NCBI GenBank assembly: GCA_040954595.2
Contig: CM082588.2
Span: 6,708,202 to 6,772,201, forward strand
Origin: Balanoglossus misakiensis
Taxonomy: Eukaryota > Animalia > Hemichordata
Length of the DNA stretch: 64,000 nucleotides
Reading direction: 5' to 3'
Part shown: positions 39,967 to 53,640 of the stretch, piece by piece
Numbering within the stretch: the first letter of the stretch is position 1
Layout: each line of letters begins with the position of its first letter
Made by a program: the position numbers and the translations under genes
The notes under the pieces: generated by a model
Told to the model about the DNA's origin: nothing
Seen by the model: only the letters and a program-made list of their open reading frames with translations
The model's database searches: none

Positions 39967-42900
39967 TCTGTGGACGCGTTAACAAAATGGTTACACACTG
40001 TACTAGTTGTGGAACCACGGCGTGTGGAGTGAACGTGGTGGACCCGATCACTGTTTTATGAACTGTATCGATATAAAAAAAGTCAATTTTGAAACAATTT
40101 CCAACAATCCCTGTGTGTGTATTTGCATGGTTTTTACTTCTGCGGTGTATAATGCTTACCTTGACGTGAGCTGGCGTGCCGCTGTATCGTCAGACTTTTA
40201 CGACACCTTTCTACTTTCTACAAGAAATCAACTTCCGCGCGGTGATTATATACACAAATTTAGTAGTTCCTGACCAAAACGTCAATTACTCACCACCACA
40301 TGTCTTTAAAAAGTTGGACATTCGTGCTCTTTCGTGAAATGACTCACCTGTCTGTTCTAGCTTGGTAGTCTGCTTCCTGTCAAATGGCCCAGATTGTTTT
40401 GCGACCTTTGACCGCTTCGTGTTATGGCATACGCGCATGTCACTTCCTCGTCAGCCTATCTCAGTGAAGAAGCCTCAGACAACAAAATTCGAGCTCAATA
40501 TTCAACTCGTGAACAAGCCTTGGCGATAAAGTGGCATTCGTAAATTTAAAAAAAGCCGGATATCTCCTTAGAAATGTTGGACGACTGTTGTGAGTTGATC
40601 AAAAAGGAAAGAAAGTGATTTCGTTTTATCGTTTCCTGGTTGCGCTGCGTACGCGTGTCAGAGATTGTGAAAGTGAAAGATGCAAATTTGAAAACACAAC
40701 AATGGTGTAAAAATAGAACCGTGAGTCGACACAGGTACATCAGCAGGACTACCCCGGATCCAAACGCGAAAGAAACTATTCGGCATCCATTGGTTTCGTG
40801 TTCCAAAGACGTGACAAAGACCATGTATTCTACACACGGGCGACATCTTGGACAAAGCATACTCCACACAAGAATGACGTCATAAAGAAAGTGGGGAACG
40901 CTACCTTTTCCTCAAAACATTCATTTACTTTCACATTTTTGATCCATGCACGAACCTTTCAAAAATAAAAATAAAACCGTGACGATCAAAACTATCACGA
41001 CGTAAGAGGGTTCGGCAATGCGTTGTCCGTCAATGCGCGAAGCCGACGACGCAGGAACGTAACGCGTGACGATACGCGTTGGCCTAATTAGATGAAATCA
41101 GATAATGTCATTAAAAACTTTTGTTAATTAATATCACAGAAACGTGCCGGGATAGGCAATGGGAAGAACGAGCTTAGTTTTCTTGTATTTTGTTATTCCT
41201 GCCGCGTGTCATCGCAACGCTTCCCGGTCTAAAGATGATGGTATTTCACCATGGCAACCGCTTCCTCAATAACCTTCCCTAGTTACATTCAACTGACATC
41301 AAAGACCAAACTACAAAGTTGCTATCGCAGACAAGCAAAAACACTCTCTCAATCCTTGGTTGGAGATGTGTATGTGGTACTGTCATTTGCCAATGATAAT
41401 AGGCAAATGCACATAATGGTAGGTTTTATGTGAAATTTGTCAAAGACTCAAAATTTGCAAAGAGAGCACATCTCATTTCTATCCATTTGCTTTTTACTCG
41501 AGTCTACATCAGGATCGAATTCTTTCGGGCGCAAAATGATGACAAAATTGCTAACGTTGATAGACATAGGGCATTCACTTTGTCATGACGCAAGGTACAG
41601 AAAAAAAATCAAAGAGATATTTCAATTGAAGTGATGTTCCGTTCCAAGGTTTCATTTGACATTTAGAGTATAGTTCCGATGGCTCAAACCATCCCGTCAT
41701 TAAGATTTTAGAAATCATCTTCCCGTCACAGTGACGTCACAGCAAAACATCGTTTCTTTCCGGTAATTACGTCTTCAATTTCGACTAGGAAAATAAGACG
41801 GTTTAAAAGGTCATTAAATTAGAGATGTTTTTTTTTTGTTTAAAATCACTTTAAGTCGATATATGACGACATTATGACGTGCTTTGACACGTGACTACAT
41901 GGAGCATGTGGAAGGGAACCCGGATGGTCTCAAAAGTCGCCGTTTGTTTTCTGAAGACCGAACTGTATTTGTGGCCCGTGGCCATTTGTATATGTATATT
42001 TAGTGGTGGAAAAGCCGTGATAAATACATGACAGATCCGCACTTTGCATGAAAGCAAAACAATTTGTTGGTTGTATACACATGTACATGTATACACTGTT
42101 GTCCTTCACCTATAAGCCTTGCCAGTCACCTGCTTGCATGTTGGCGAGCTGCCGTATACACACAATCGTACAACGTGAATACGAACCACGTGTCATTCAA
42201 CCAGGTGCTTTAAGTTTTTATATCGCAGACATCTTTTTACGTCAAGGCTAGTGACGAAATTGATAAAGTTATCAATAGTATGGCTATCATTTGCTTGGTA
42301 ACCTACAGTGACTCCTGATGGAAAACACGTCATCCGCATTTCGGCTGGTCGGTGGACATTGCATTGAGACAAACACGTATCAGCAATGGGGTGTATACAT
42401 GTAACGTGATCGATCTGTAACCCTTGTTTGTATTTTTATAGTCGATACGAAGATATGAAACGCAAACAACTTATATAAAATGGCGTAACACCGAAGTACG
42501 ACCACAAGTTCAGTTTACAAACACCAGCGACGGACGTGCAACCGACTCCAAAATCGAAATACATTACAATTTGCAACTTCCGAATTTTTACCACCACGCA
42601 AGAACATATCCCTGTACCCACTTTAACCCTTTCACCAACATGGTTTGGCCCAAATATATTATTTTCTACGGTAAAGTTAGAGTACACGACATACATCAAC
42701 CTGAGAGTGCTCCAGACAGCTTGCGGCATCGAATCTGACTACTAGAGACTCAAATGGAATATACACATTACCTGACGCGCTCAGCTGGAGATAGCAACAT
42801 GGCCGCGTCACGACTCGCAAACCCCTCACGGGATTGGATTCTAAAAAGAGTGCGCCGGGGGACCATTTTACCTCCTTTGTGGAAAAAAGCGCCCCGAAGA

Positions 42901-43357
42901 GCAACTGGTTAGGGTTAGATCATCTCGCGGTATCAAAGCGCGTTAAATTACATTCAGACGTTCAGAATTCATGGTGTATTTAGCGGTTTCAGCAGATCTC
43001 CTATGGGGACCGCGAGTCGTGACAATTTTCCATCTCAATTGAAATCGGACGATCGCACGGGATGTATTAAACGATCTACATGTATTGTGTATTGAACTCT
43101 TCAGGGTTTCGGATGCGCCATTTACTTTGTGACGGTCGTAACTGATCCAGGAATTGTGATCGACCGCTGCAACTGACTAGAACACGTGGCTGAATGTCCG
43201 GAGAGCCAATTTACCAATATGTACCAAGCGAAATACTAGACATTTCGTTCAGTAATTAGCGAAGCACCTGATTGCGCTTAGATTTTATACAGTATACTAT
43301 AGTCTAGAATCCAGACGTTTTTTTTTGCTATGTTCAACACACAATCTAGCCTTGTCG

Positions 43358-43671
<314 letters not shown>

Positions 43672-44648
43672 GGCGTCCTCATGCTGTACGGTCTCTATAT
43701 TTTGAGTGGCAGATGTCCTTGCCCGAATAATCATCGCCCGACTAGCAAAGATGTTTACGTTTTAAAATCATGACGTTTCCGCTGTACAAGATCGTCACCT
43801 CCGTAATTTCCCCCACATTTAAGTCACGTGACACCAAACCCACAAATAGGAACAGCCGCCGCGCACGTTTTGAACCGAGTAGGCCCGCGGCCATCTTCCT
43901 GTTATGTTTTGTATACACTTGTGCGTCCTTGAAAAAGAATCATTTGCTCCTTCTTAATAATGGTTAGGTGCTGACGGAGGTTGAAACAAAATCTGGTACT
44001 GTAGATGCACAAACAACCACAGACAAAGAGAAACACACGGAAATGAGGCATGCGCAAACTATTGCGGAATGACGTTGCAAGACATGTTGTAGGTTGTAGT
44101 GACGTCGACAAGGCTCGCGCAAGTCATTAGCCCAGTCATTAATAAACGACTTCACCCTCGATTTGTGACGTCACAAAATTGGGAACAACATCCGGGTTTC
44201 TTGTTTCCGATACTGTCGATAATTTCAAATTTGCAACGTCGCAGAGATGTGATTCGAACATACTCACGTCTTATAGCTTTCAAATCCACTGTGCAGTTAT
44301 TTGCAAGATGTCTAGTTACATTAAAAGTATGGTATGTCTAAGTTATTGCCTTGTTTGTAGCATTAAAAGCTTCAGTAATTCTCCTGTGTATATAATCTGG
44401 TTTCCAGCTCTACTCTGGATAGCTGTATGAAACATTCAGTCTTTCACAGTACAGCCTGTATATGATCAGTAACAGCTATATATAACTGTTCACAAATAAA
44501 TTCTAATAATTACAGGCGAATTCAATTTTCTACAATTATAACAATTTAGATTAGGCCTACAACAAAAGGGATGTGTCGAAAAACCAAATGCTGGGCACTT
44601 CGTCAAGTTTGACAGGGTACAGAAAGAAACCACAGCTGATACCCGAAA

Positions 44649-44652
<4 letters not shown>

Positions 44653-44699
<47 letters not shown>

Positions 44700-44705
44700 T
44701 CTCTA
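44653..44705. repeat. (CT)n microsatellite
   Basis: Directly visible. Confidence 0.95.
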
Positions 44706-45754
44706 TATATGTAGGCATATTTCTTCGATATTAATCCCCTTACCTGTTCGAGTGGCCGTATCTCTTTATTCACCGAAAGTCGGATAATATTGTGATTGTT
44801 TCGAAAGTACTTTTTGAAATCGGCATCCGAACAGATCCAGAAACGTATCTTCCTCCGTCAGTGCGAAAATCGGTAAATTGAAATTAAAAGTTGCACAGAA
44901 ACAGTATTATATACAATCGGATGAGCGTCTAAACATAGAACCGACACACAGGAATTTTCGCTATATTTCCTATTACAATTCTGACAGCGTAAAGTCCGCG
45001 TATTTCATGAACCGGAAATAACGAACTGTTTATATGCGAGTGTCAGTGAGTCCGACGGTCGGTAGGTCTTTGAACCTGCCATCAAGGACGCGTTACCTGA
45101 AAGCGTACGATGGGGCACGTGCCACTAAAAGGTCGCCGACACCTGCGTCGTGACCGTCGTGACCTTGAAGCCAGCCGCACGACTGTTTTTCTCGTAATTT
45201 TCTCCCCGAGTTCCTTGATTGGAATTTGCGAATGACAGTATACGAGCGCGGAATGGTTACGAGGGATAGTATATTTCTCGGAATAATACATTCAGTATTC
45301 ACTATTGCCCGAATTGTTGTTGTTGTTGCTGTTACAGTACTAGTAATCTATTGCTTGCCTGTTAAATCGTTTTATAACAACATGACTATTAAGAAACGAA
45401 ATCAAAATTCCTTATTATTCCCTAAGTAATCAAAATAAAAAATTGCAGACTACATTAAAATTCAGACCAAAAAAATGTCTCGCGGTGCCTCTTTACTAAA
45501 TTTCAAATTAATCCGCGGTCAGACGACACAATTTTAGAAGATTACGAAACTTTGACCAAAAACCACAAATATTACCCACAAAATACAGCCTTTATAATTT
45601 TTTATCACGACAATTGACACAATTTGATTTAGGTCACCAAAAAAACCTGTCTATACTATTTATCTTTGTTTTGAAAGGTTTTTCGGTGGAGAAAATAATA
45701 AAAACCTTGAAAATGACAATATTGTCATGTTTCCGGAAACCGTACGCCACCTGT

Positions 45755-47010
45755 TCACGGTCCAGTTACCATGGTTACTCCCACCGCCGTTTGCTTCTCC
45801 TTCCGGTCTTCCCCGTTCGTATCTGTCGAACGAGGGCGCTTGATCAGCGACACGAAGGTAACGATGTAGAATGCTGTTGACAGCGCTAGAAGTCCGAGTA
45901 TCAGACCGAACGACTTCGCTTTGTAGTCCTGTCGGTCGTACAGCAAACAATTTCCTTTCTCTTTACATTTGGTCGTTCCCCATAAAAGACAGGCCGAGTC
46001 GATCAGGGCACCAGCGTATATAGGCGCTGGCAGAGTTCCTGCATAGTAAATACATAGTAGCATATTAGTATAGGGACGAGGATATATTATCATGTTATTT
46101 TGGGAACGAGGATATATTTTCATCACTATCACCCACCTCGATACACAGTGCAGTATTGAACTACTGATCTTCAAATCATAAAATGCAGTCAAGTAATAAA
46201 AATTATATGTTTCTACATGAATGCCAAGCAAAGTTAGTGTGTTCCGTGCTAGACTCTCTCACAGCCCACGGTTCGCTACAACAAGGCTCTTCACTGACGC
46301 GCCCTCAACCATTTGGCAAGGGAGAAGCACCGTTTGGTGTTGTGTAGCGAACCTTCTAGTTCCGTGCAAACCATGGAAATCTCCTGAGTTTCAATACATA
46401 CCAAATAACTGGCTTGTCAAAGCGCGAATTCCGAGTGCAAAAGCCTTGTCGTCCGGTAAAACACACCTGCAAATAAAGGCACATCGTTAAAATCAGTTTG
46501 GGTACGTCCGCCAAATTCTAATTATGTGAATCAGGCCTAATAATGTCTTAAACATAACACAAAGACCACGGTACTCAACAAATCGCCGTGAATAAGCCAA
46601 GAACATGTTTAAGGTCATAGTTTTTATTTTAAAAATGGAAGCGACGACACGATTCCGGTCAGAATCAATCTATTACCAATGGATATATTTGCTGCTATGT
46701 AATTGATCGCATGTCTTAAAAAAAACTCCGCCCGCAGTGTTTTTGGATTATTCTGTCTATGCGTCAAATATATAAAGACGTTACCTGACCGTCAAAGTTA
46801 CTTCGGCGTTGGTAATCGTTGCAAGCAGAGCGCCCATAATGAATGTGCTCGCACTAAACAAAATCAATTGTTTGTGACATCTCACTCGACGACATACTCC
46901 CGAATATGCATCGCCCTCAACCGGGGAATCGAAAGATGGTTTAACACATCCGCAGTCCGTGAAATTCTGTGTGAGATATTATATGGAGAAGGTTAGTTTT
47001 AAAGTATACC

Positions 47011-47046
<36 letters not shown>

Positions 47047-50000
47047 CCACCACCACTACCACCACCACCACCACCACCACCATTACAACCAGTTTATTGC
47101 AGTACTGTTGGCCTCCAGCCAAATAGTACAAAACATAGGGATATAGTGCAAGAATCTGTTGAGTACCGTGGCCGATAACTACAAAGCGTGTCTAGGTTTC
47201 TCTACACCCACCTTTTTGCAAAAGGCGTGTGTAGCTATCGGCTACGGTAGTTGACTCTATCTGATGGTTGGTGGCGTATACTCACTTGACTGCCGAGTCC
47301 TTGCCGAGTCTTGCATCCGGCGTGACAGGCTGAATAGTAGGTGACGTCATTGGATCCACACACAGGTGCATATCTCTCCGAGCATGCGCAATGTGACATG
47401 CAAGTTGAATTGATCCTGAAGGGGTGTCCGTTCTGCATCACAAACGTGCCGTCACTGGAAATGCAATATATTTGTCATTCTGTGAGGGCGTGCAAAAACG
47501 TGTGATTGGAAATAAATACTGGATTTTGCGAAACGTCCGATTTAAAAATGATTACGTGGTCAACGCCGCACGTTTTCATCTGCTCCTGATACTTGAAGTG
47601 AGACAAAAAAACGACAACTCAACGACCAAATAGCGTGAAGTGGCATTTGAACGGCCCAGGCGCAGGCGTGCTAGAACATATTCACTGGGAAACGCTGACT
47701 AGCTGGTCCGAGCTGCACGCTTGTACAAAGACCAAGACAACCCCCAAAGTAACTTCAACAATCCAACAACCCAACACGGGCGTGGAAGAGGGTTGGAGAA
47801 AAAAGGACAAGAAAATTAGACCGAAAGCAAAGGTTTAGATCTGTAGCACAAGGTTGGAGCGCGATGCTCACGCGCCGATCGCTCAGGCCGAGTCTGCTGG
47901 AAATCAGAAAATCACGAGTCTTCCCACGTCACGTGTTACAAGCCCAGGTGTGCCTATAGCTACGGGGTGTCTTAACCTGAAATTCAGGAAAGTTTGTTTT
48001 CTTGGCAGCCGAGGCTGATGAAGTGTCGGTCACTGACCCATTCTGTTAAATTATCTAGATAGAGGCTCCAAAAAGCATTCGTCATGTTCCCTGTGGGATA
48101 TGGGTTTAAGAATTCTACTATTTAGTCGTTATGAAGACAAGAAAACTTTGGATTTAGAAGGAAAAGGAAAAGAAGACTGAAATTTCCCTCACAATACAAA
48201 ATGACTACATGTACCTAGATCTAAATCCAAAGTGTATTAAAGAAACCAAGCTGTTTTACTGACTCCAGCACTTAATGCGAAATAGTAGCAAGCATCATCA
48301 CATGCGCGCACATAATCATTTACCTTTCAGTGTAAGGTACGGTAACGCCGGCGAATTTGTGTGAATCGCAGTTTATATTCCACATCAGCGTGGGAGTGAC
48401 CATGGCCAGTGTTTCCACGGCGATTATGAAGGCTGCCAGCTTGACACGAGATGGTTGCCATCTGCGCAGAATCGAACCAGTGACGAGAAATCCTATGACA
48501 CCAGCAGCAATACCTGTCATTGCTATAAAAAAAAGGAAAACAAGAAAAAAACTCAAATTTAATTCGATTAGCATGAATGACATCGTTTTTAGGGAGCACA
48601 ATACGCTATGGACATGGGATCGAAGTCGAGAGAAGTATTTTTTTGCGATCTCGGTGTGTTAGACCATAGCTTTCCACCCCGCCACCTATAAGCTTTTCAA
48701 TGTCAACTCAACCTGATAACAAGGGATTGATATCTGCCCCTTTAAACGCTACTTACCGTGTACAGAACCAGCGACCAACAGCGATGTTTGAAAGTATTCT
48801 TGAATATATTTAGGGAAGAATAGCAATACTGAATACATCGACATGTAGGCCACTCTGGCGACGATTATACTCATGAAAGGCAAGCTGGTCACCAGTCGTA
48901 GCAGGACTCTCAGGAAACCTGTTGGAGGCCAAAGTGTGAGATGTTAGTCCGCTTGTCGTTTGGCCGTACGTGTATTTTACTCGCAATATTAGACTAGCCC
49001 ACTAGTCGCTTGGTGATTTTTAAATCTCAATACTTTTTTTGTGTTTTCGGTGGTTTTTTGCCTTGAGCGTGTTTTTGGTAGTGAGGTGAGTTTCGCAATT
49101 TGGGACTGAGCTTGTGGTTTCGGGTAGCGTCCCCTACACATAATGAAGCCCATAGACTTGGAGCAAGTCTATCGCAATATCTACAGTCGCGTTTTCTTTC
49201 GCCAAATGTTCTGTGCCTTACTTTCCATGCGTTTGTACATGATTGACGGTCGCATCTTCTGTTTTAAATGACCGTCGCATTTTCACTGCAGGTTTAGCGG
49301 AAATTATTTTCGGTTGGTTGTCAACGATACCTTACCTTTGAAACTGTTAGTCTTTCGTGGAATGGAGTTGCCGGTCGCTTGCTTAGAGCTGCGTACGGTA
49401 CCTCCACTTTCACCGGCTCCGCTGTCGGCCATGACGTACCCAGGGCACGGAGAACGCCTCGGCAACTTCTCCGGCAAGAGCATCATCAACGCACAGCCCA
49501 AGAGAGCGAGAACGGCCACCCCTAGGTACCCCAGCCACCAGGCACCCACCCAGCGGGGGTCGCTCCGGTTTATGTCCGTGGCGGCCTCCGGGGTGACGCG
49601 GTAGAAATCCACGTAAAACCTGGTACACATTGTGCTGGTCACCGTTCCAAGTAAGGTCCCCAGCACGAAAAACGCGTGCAGGATACCTAGAAAAGGTACA
49701 TAACACGTGAAAGGCGGTGTAAGCTCTTGTTTGTTTGTTTGCTTGCTTTTTTCCTTACTTTCTTGTTTGTTCGTTGTTTTGTTTTGTTTTTTGTTTGTTT
49801 GTTTGTTTGTTTAGAGCTTCATTTAATTAACAAAATACTGTAAAACACTTTATTTTCGCGAGCAATAAATTTTCGCGAAATACGCGAGAGCCAAAATGGC
49901 CTGAAAATAAAAAATCGCGTAAATTTTTTTTGAAGATAACGATGCAGTGAATGAAATAAGAGAACGCGAAAATTAATACGTATGTCAATAGTATGACAAG

Positions 50001-51498
50001 TGGACAATTGGACATAGTTAATAGCATGCTACTTGGATTAAAACAAGAAACTGCATTTGGTACATAGGACAAAAATTCTGGAAATAAACCCCGAAGTTAC
50101 TGCTGATGGAGCTTTAATCCCGCTTGCACTCACCCAAATACATTGGTGACTTGGTCTTGGATACGTTGTCGTCAACGTAAGCAACACCTAATATGTACAA
50201 CGGTGATCCGCCAAAACCCATCAAGATATTTCCGATGATGATGAAGATGACGGGCTCAGACCCTTTCTTGATAATTGACGACAGTCCGTTGCCATGGCAC
50301 TCGTAGGCGGGTTCTTCGACGCCGTAGCAAATCTCAGTAGCCATCGCCGCTGTGAAGTTGGCGTTCATGGGGGTGCCTTTTCGGTAATCGTACTTGTCGG
50401 ACGCAAACTGCGCGGAGGCAGCCATGACCAACCCAGTTGCCAGTAAGAGGAGCCCGGCGGCCATCCATCGCGGTCTGTGACTGCCCGGCCGCCCTCCGAA
50501 GTAAGTGACAACCACGATGGAGAGAACGTCGGCCGACTCCTTCGCCGCGCGGCAGATCCCCACAAACTTGCTGGACAACGCGTACCGTTTCTGCAGCGTC
50601 AAGACGTACATGCCGTCCATGATGTACGTCATTGAACCTACCATCCAACCCATACAAATTATTAACAGCATCATTTTCGGCGTCGCCAGCCTTTGAAGCC
50701 ATTTTGGCCGAAAGCGACCGATACCACAAGATGAACTGATGTCGTGGACGTCATCGTCTTGTGTCTTCAACATGGCGTCGTTTTTTTCGCTCAATTTCAC
50801 CTCATCGCCGTCAAGCGGTTTGTTCTCGTCCGTCTTTTCCGCACCGGTCATCTCCATTTCCTTTCAAAAATAGAAAACACTTCTGTGTTAGTCACTCAGA
50901 CAGCCGAGCTTTGAGAGAAGCGACTAAAAACATTGCATACTTGAGTCAAACTTTTAAACAAAGATTTGCCATCATCTTTGTGATTTTAAGAACAAATATG
51001 ATTGCGAGGAGTCTTGCCATTCATAGTTTTGAGTTAGAGGGTTCCGGAGCATCCAACCTTATCCTTGTACACTAACACTTGAATGTTGTCGTCTTTTTCT
51101 TTCATCTCCCTCAACAAATATTTCCCCAGAATAGTTTCTGTGAGCGTTGGTCAGTTTCATGAATTCTGTAAATGTGCTCTGATTAACGTTAATAGCAATA
51201 ATGAATTATAGTAAAACGTATCCCCGTAGAAAGATTTTAGTTAAAAGACAAACAAAATTGATTTCGCTTTCCCCGCATGTCAAGATAGTCCAATGGCTTG
51301 TACACGACACGGTGTTTGTAACAAAGTAAGACATCATCAATACAAAAATGGTCATTTTTTCTACAGTAGGCGGAATATGTTATTTTTACAAATAGAAATG
51401 AAATTAAACTATAAAGAAAGCGGAATCGTTGGCTTACACGTGAAGTTGTCGACGAGAAAATGGGTCAAGAAGTTTGTGTAAAAACTCACCTGTGCCAT
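45755..51498 (-). CDS. SLCO: Organic anion transporting polypeptide (OATP/SLCO family), about 715 aa
   Basis: Exons: 51498-51490 (MAQ, least certain), 50860-50134, 49686-49336, 48918-48757, 48522-48324, 47454-47286, 46966-46785, 46466-46402, 46038-45755, all phase-consistent. Motifs: CGIGRFRPKWLQ; HRPRW; YVDDNV..SPMYLG; OATP signature DPRWVGAWWLGYL; Kazal-like C.C...YAPVCGSNDVTYYSACHAGC; PAPIYAGALIDSACLLW...GNCLLYD. Confidence 0.93.
47013..47082. repeat. (CAT)n(CAC)n microsatellite
   Basis: Directly visible in an SLCO intron. Confidence 0.9.
49836..49980. mobile_element. Truncated member of MITE family C
   Basis: TACTGTAAAACA...TATTTTCGCGAGCAATAAATTTTCGCGAAA is the reverse-complement homologue of the 58269-58478 copy. 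Confidence 0.6.
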
Positions 51499-51758
51499 TT
51501 TTCGCCAATACGCCGAAAAACAACGTGGTCTCGTGAAAATGAGGGTGATGTTGTTGATAAATCGCGCTTTTAAATGCACAGATAGTACCATCAATTCCTA
51601 CTCATGAAGATCATTGATTAAAATATTAATGTGTTTACTTTTACACCAGCTACCACAATTGATTTGTAATTGAATATATAGATCATGTTGGTATTTTGCA
51701 GAAATCCATGACCTTGTAATTTCAAGCTAGTTATACTAATAGGCTAGGCTTAATTGAA

Positions 51759-52086
51759 GTGGCCGGAGCGATAGACCCGACCCGCAATCAGAGAGGTTCA
51801 TGGGTGAAGCCACCGCAATGTATGGTGTGATGTCGTGCCTGATCTTTCCGCGTTACTTTTCATTGCTTCTTTCGCCCCCCCCCCCCCCGGAGTACTGGGT
51901 ACCTGTTCAGACAAGGATTGTTGTGAGCTAATTATGGCTGCAAACGTGACATGTTACTTGGCATGCATCCCTGGGGAGTTGAATGGAACTACTTCGGGTC
52001 CTTTGACCACGGGGAATAATTATAAAGCGCCTTGGGCAAATCACCTGTGGATGTATTCGTGCGCTATATCGGAACTCGGTACTACT
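51759..52086 (+). mobile_element. Degenerate tRNA-derived SINE
   Basis: A-box-like GTGGCCGGAGCG and tRNA-like head (GACCCGCAATCAGAG.GGTTC), central TGGGTACCTG, and an L2-type tail TAAAGCGCCTTGGG...GCGCTATATCGGAACT with a short (TAC)n end. Confidence 0.6.
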
Positions 52087-52717
52087 TTCATTAGTAGAAA
52101 TATGCCAAGACAAAGTAGACCAAGAACTAGTTGATGTACTGACTCTGCAGATATGCATGAATTAAATCATTTTTTTCAATGCACGTTAACAGTTCCTGTA
52201 AATCAGTAAATGGAATCTATAATACTAACATATTCCCAGATGAAAATCACAAAAAAGAAAAAGAATATATGATATAGGAAACTGGTATATTTCCTCGTCA
52301 TAGTTTTCCGATGGTGTATCTGATTAAATTTACCTCTGAATGAACCCACAAGACACTCGACAAACTGGACTTTTTGGGTGTACATTTTTATTAACATAAT
52401 TGATGTTATCGTCCTTGTTTCCATGACACTTGATCACCCCAAAATACCAACTGATGACTAATCCAGTACTAGAATGGTACGATGTAGCCCTCAACAACCA
52501 CGCTACATCTACTCAGGTTTTTTATCTACTTTCCCAAAAAAACGGAGACAACTCAGAAAAATGACATGTTTTTTTTTCTCTTTCAAATTTTTACAAAAGA
52601 TAAAACAGGTTATTAGTCACTGGCAAAAATGTCCTGTGAATCTATCAGGTGGTTAAGAGCGGGTAGAAAAAAAAAGAACTTAGCTAGACAGGAACTGTAC
52701 ATAGTGATATTGATATA

Positions 52718-52902
52718 CTGTAAAACGGGAAATTTTCGTTTTACAGGAAATTTTCGCGATATCAGGAGAAGGAACTATTACGCGCCGATTAATTTTCGCA
52801 TTCTTGTATTTCACTGAATTGATATCTCTGAAAAACATTTTTTTTGCATTAATGGCATAGTTCGCAAACAATTATCATTCGTGAAAATTTCCCGTTTTAC
52901 AG
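52718..52902. mobile_element. MITE family C (TA TSD)
   Basis: TA|CTGTAAAACGGGAAATTTTC...GAAAATTTCCCGTTTTACAG|TA. Confidence 0.85.
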
Positions 52903-53447
52903 TAATCAGTGTGTGATGCGTCTATGTCAGTGACCGACATTGTTCTTGTGATTTTACAATTTTACTACATTACATGTACAATGTGTCGACTCTCCAAATT
53001 TTACAAACTGCTCCTTAATACGTAAGAATGGAATGCTGTGAAACGATTGTCTGGTTTATCCTGAAATACTTGCACTAAACAACTAAAAATGAAATTTAAA
53101 CATGAAGGGACATAATATATTACTCCAGAACAGCTTACTGGGACATGACAGCTGCTTTAGCATGTATTCCGAAGTAAAAACGGAAAGGGTAGGGTCGTTC
53201 CGTCTGCAGCTACGGTAATTGGTCCCATACGACACAAAGATGCAAAGTATAAAGCCTGCAATGTACATCATTGCAAACAATGTGGTTGTTACTTTGTATT
53301 ACATTGTACACCATGGTAAACAATGCATTGTTACTTTTAACCAACTTTCCAAGTAATTTCGATACATGTATTGAACAGTGGGAACAATACAGATGGTGTT
53401 TATAAATAGAAATCTCGCACATGTGCAGTCCAGACGACCCTCCCCCT

Positions 53448-53640
53448 TTATAGGTATACAGTCACCTCCAATTTACATATCGCCATATATAGCTGAAATG
53501 GCGTATTTGAGTGTTCTAAAGAACATATGGTGGCGCTCTTTTTTCCGAATGTGCCACCCACTAAAAATCTGTGATTGGTTAGATCTCAATTTACCATGGT
53601 AACTATAGCTAAATTCGCATAGGTGACCGTATACCTTTAA
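53448..53640. mobile_element. MITE family A
   Basis: TTATAGGTATACAGTCACC...GGTGACCGTATACCTTTAA. Confidence 0.85.
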
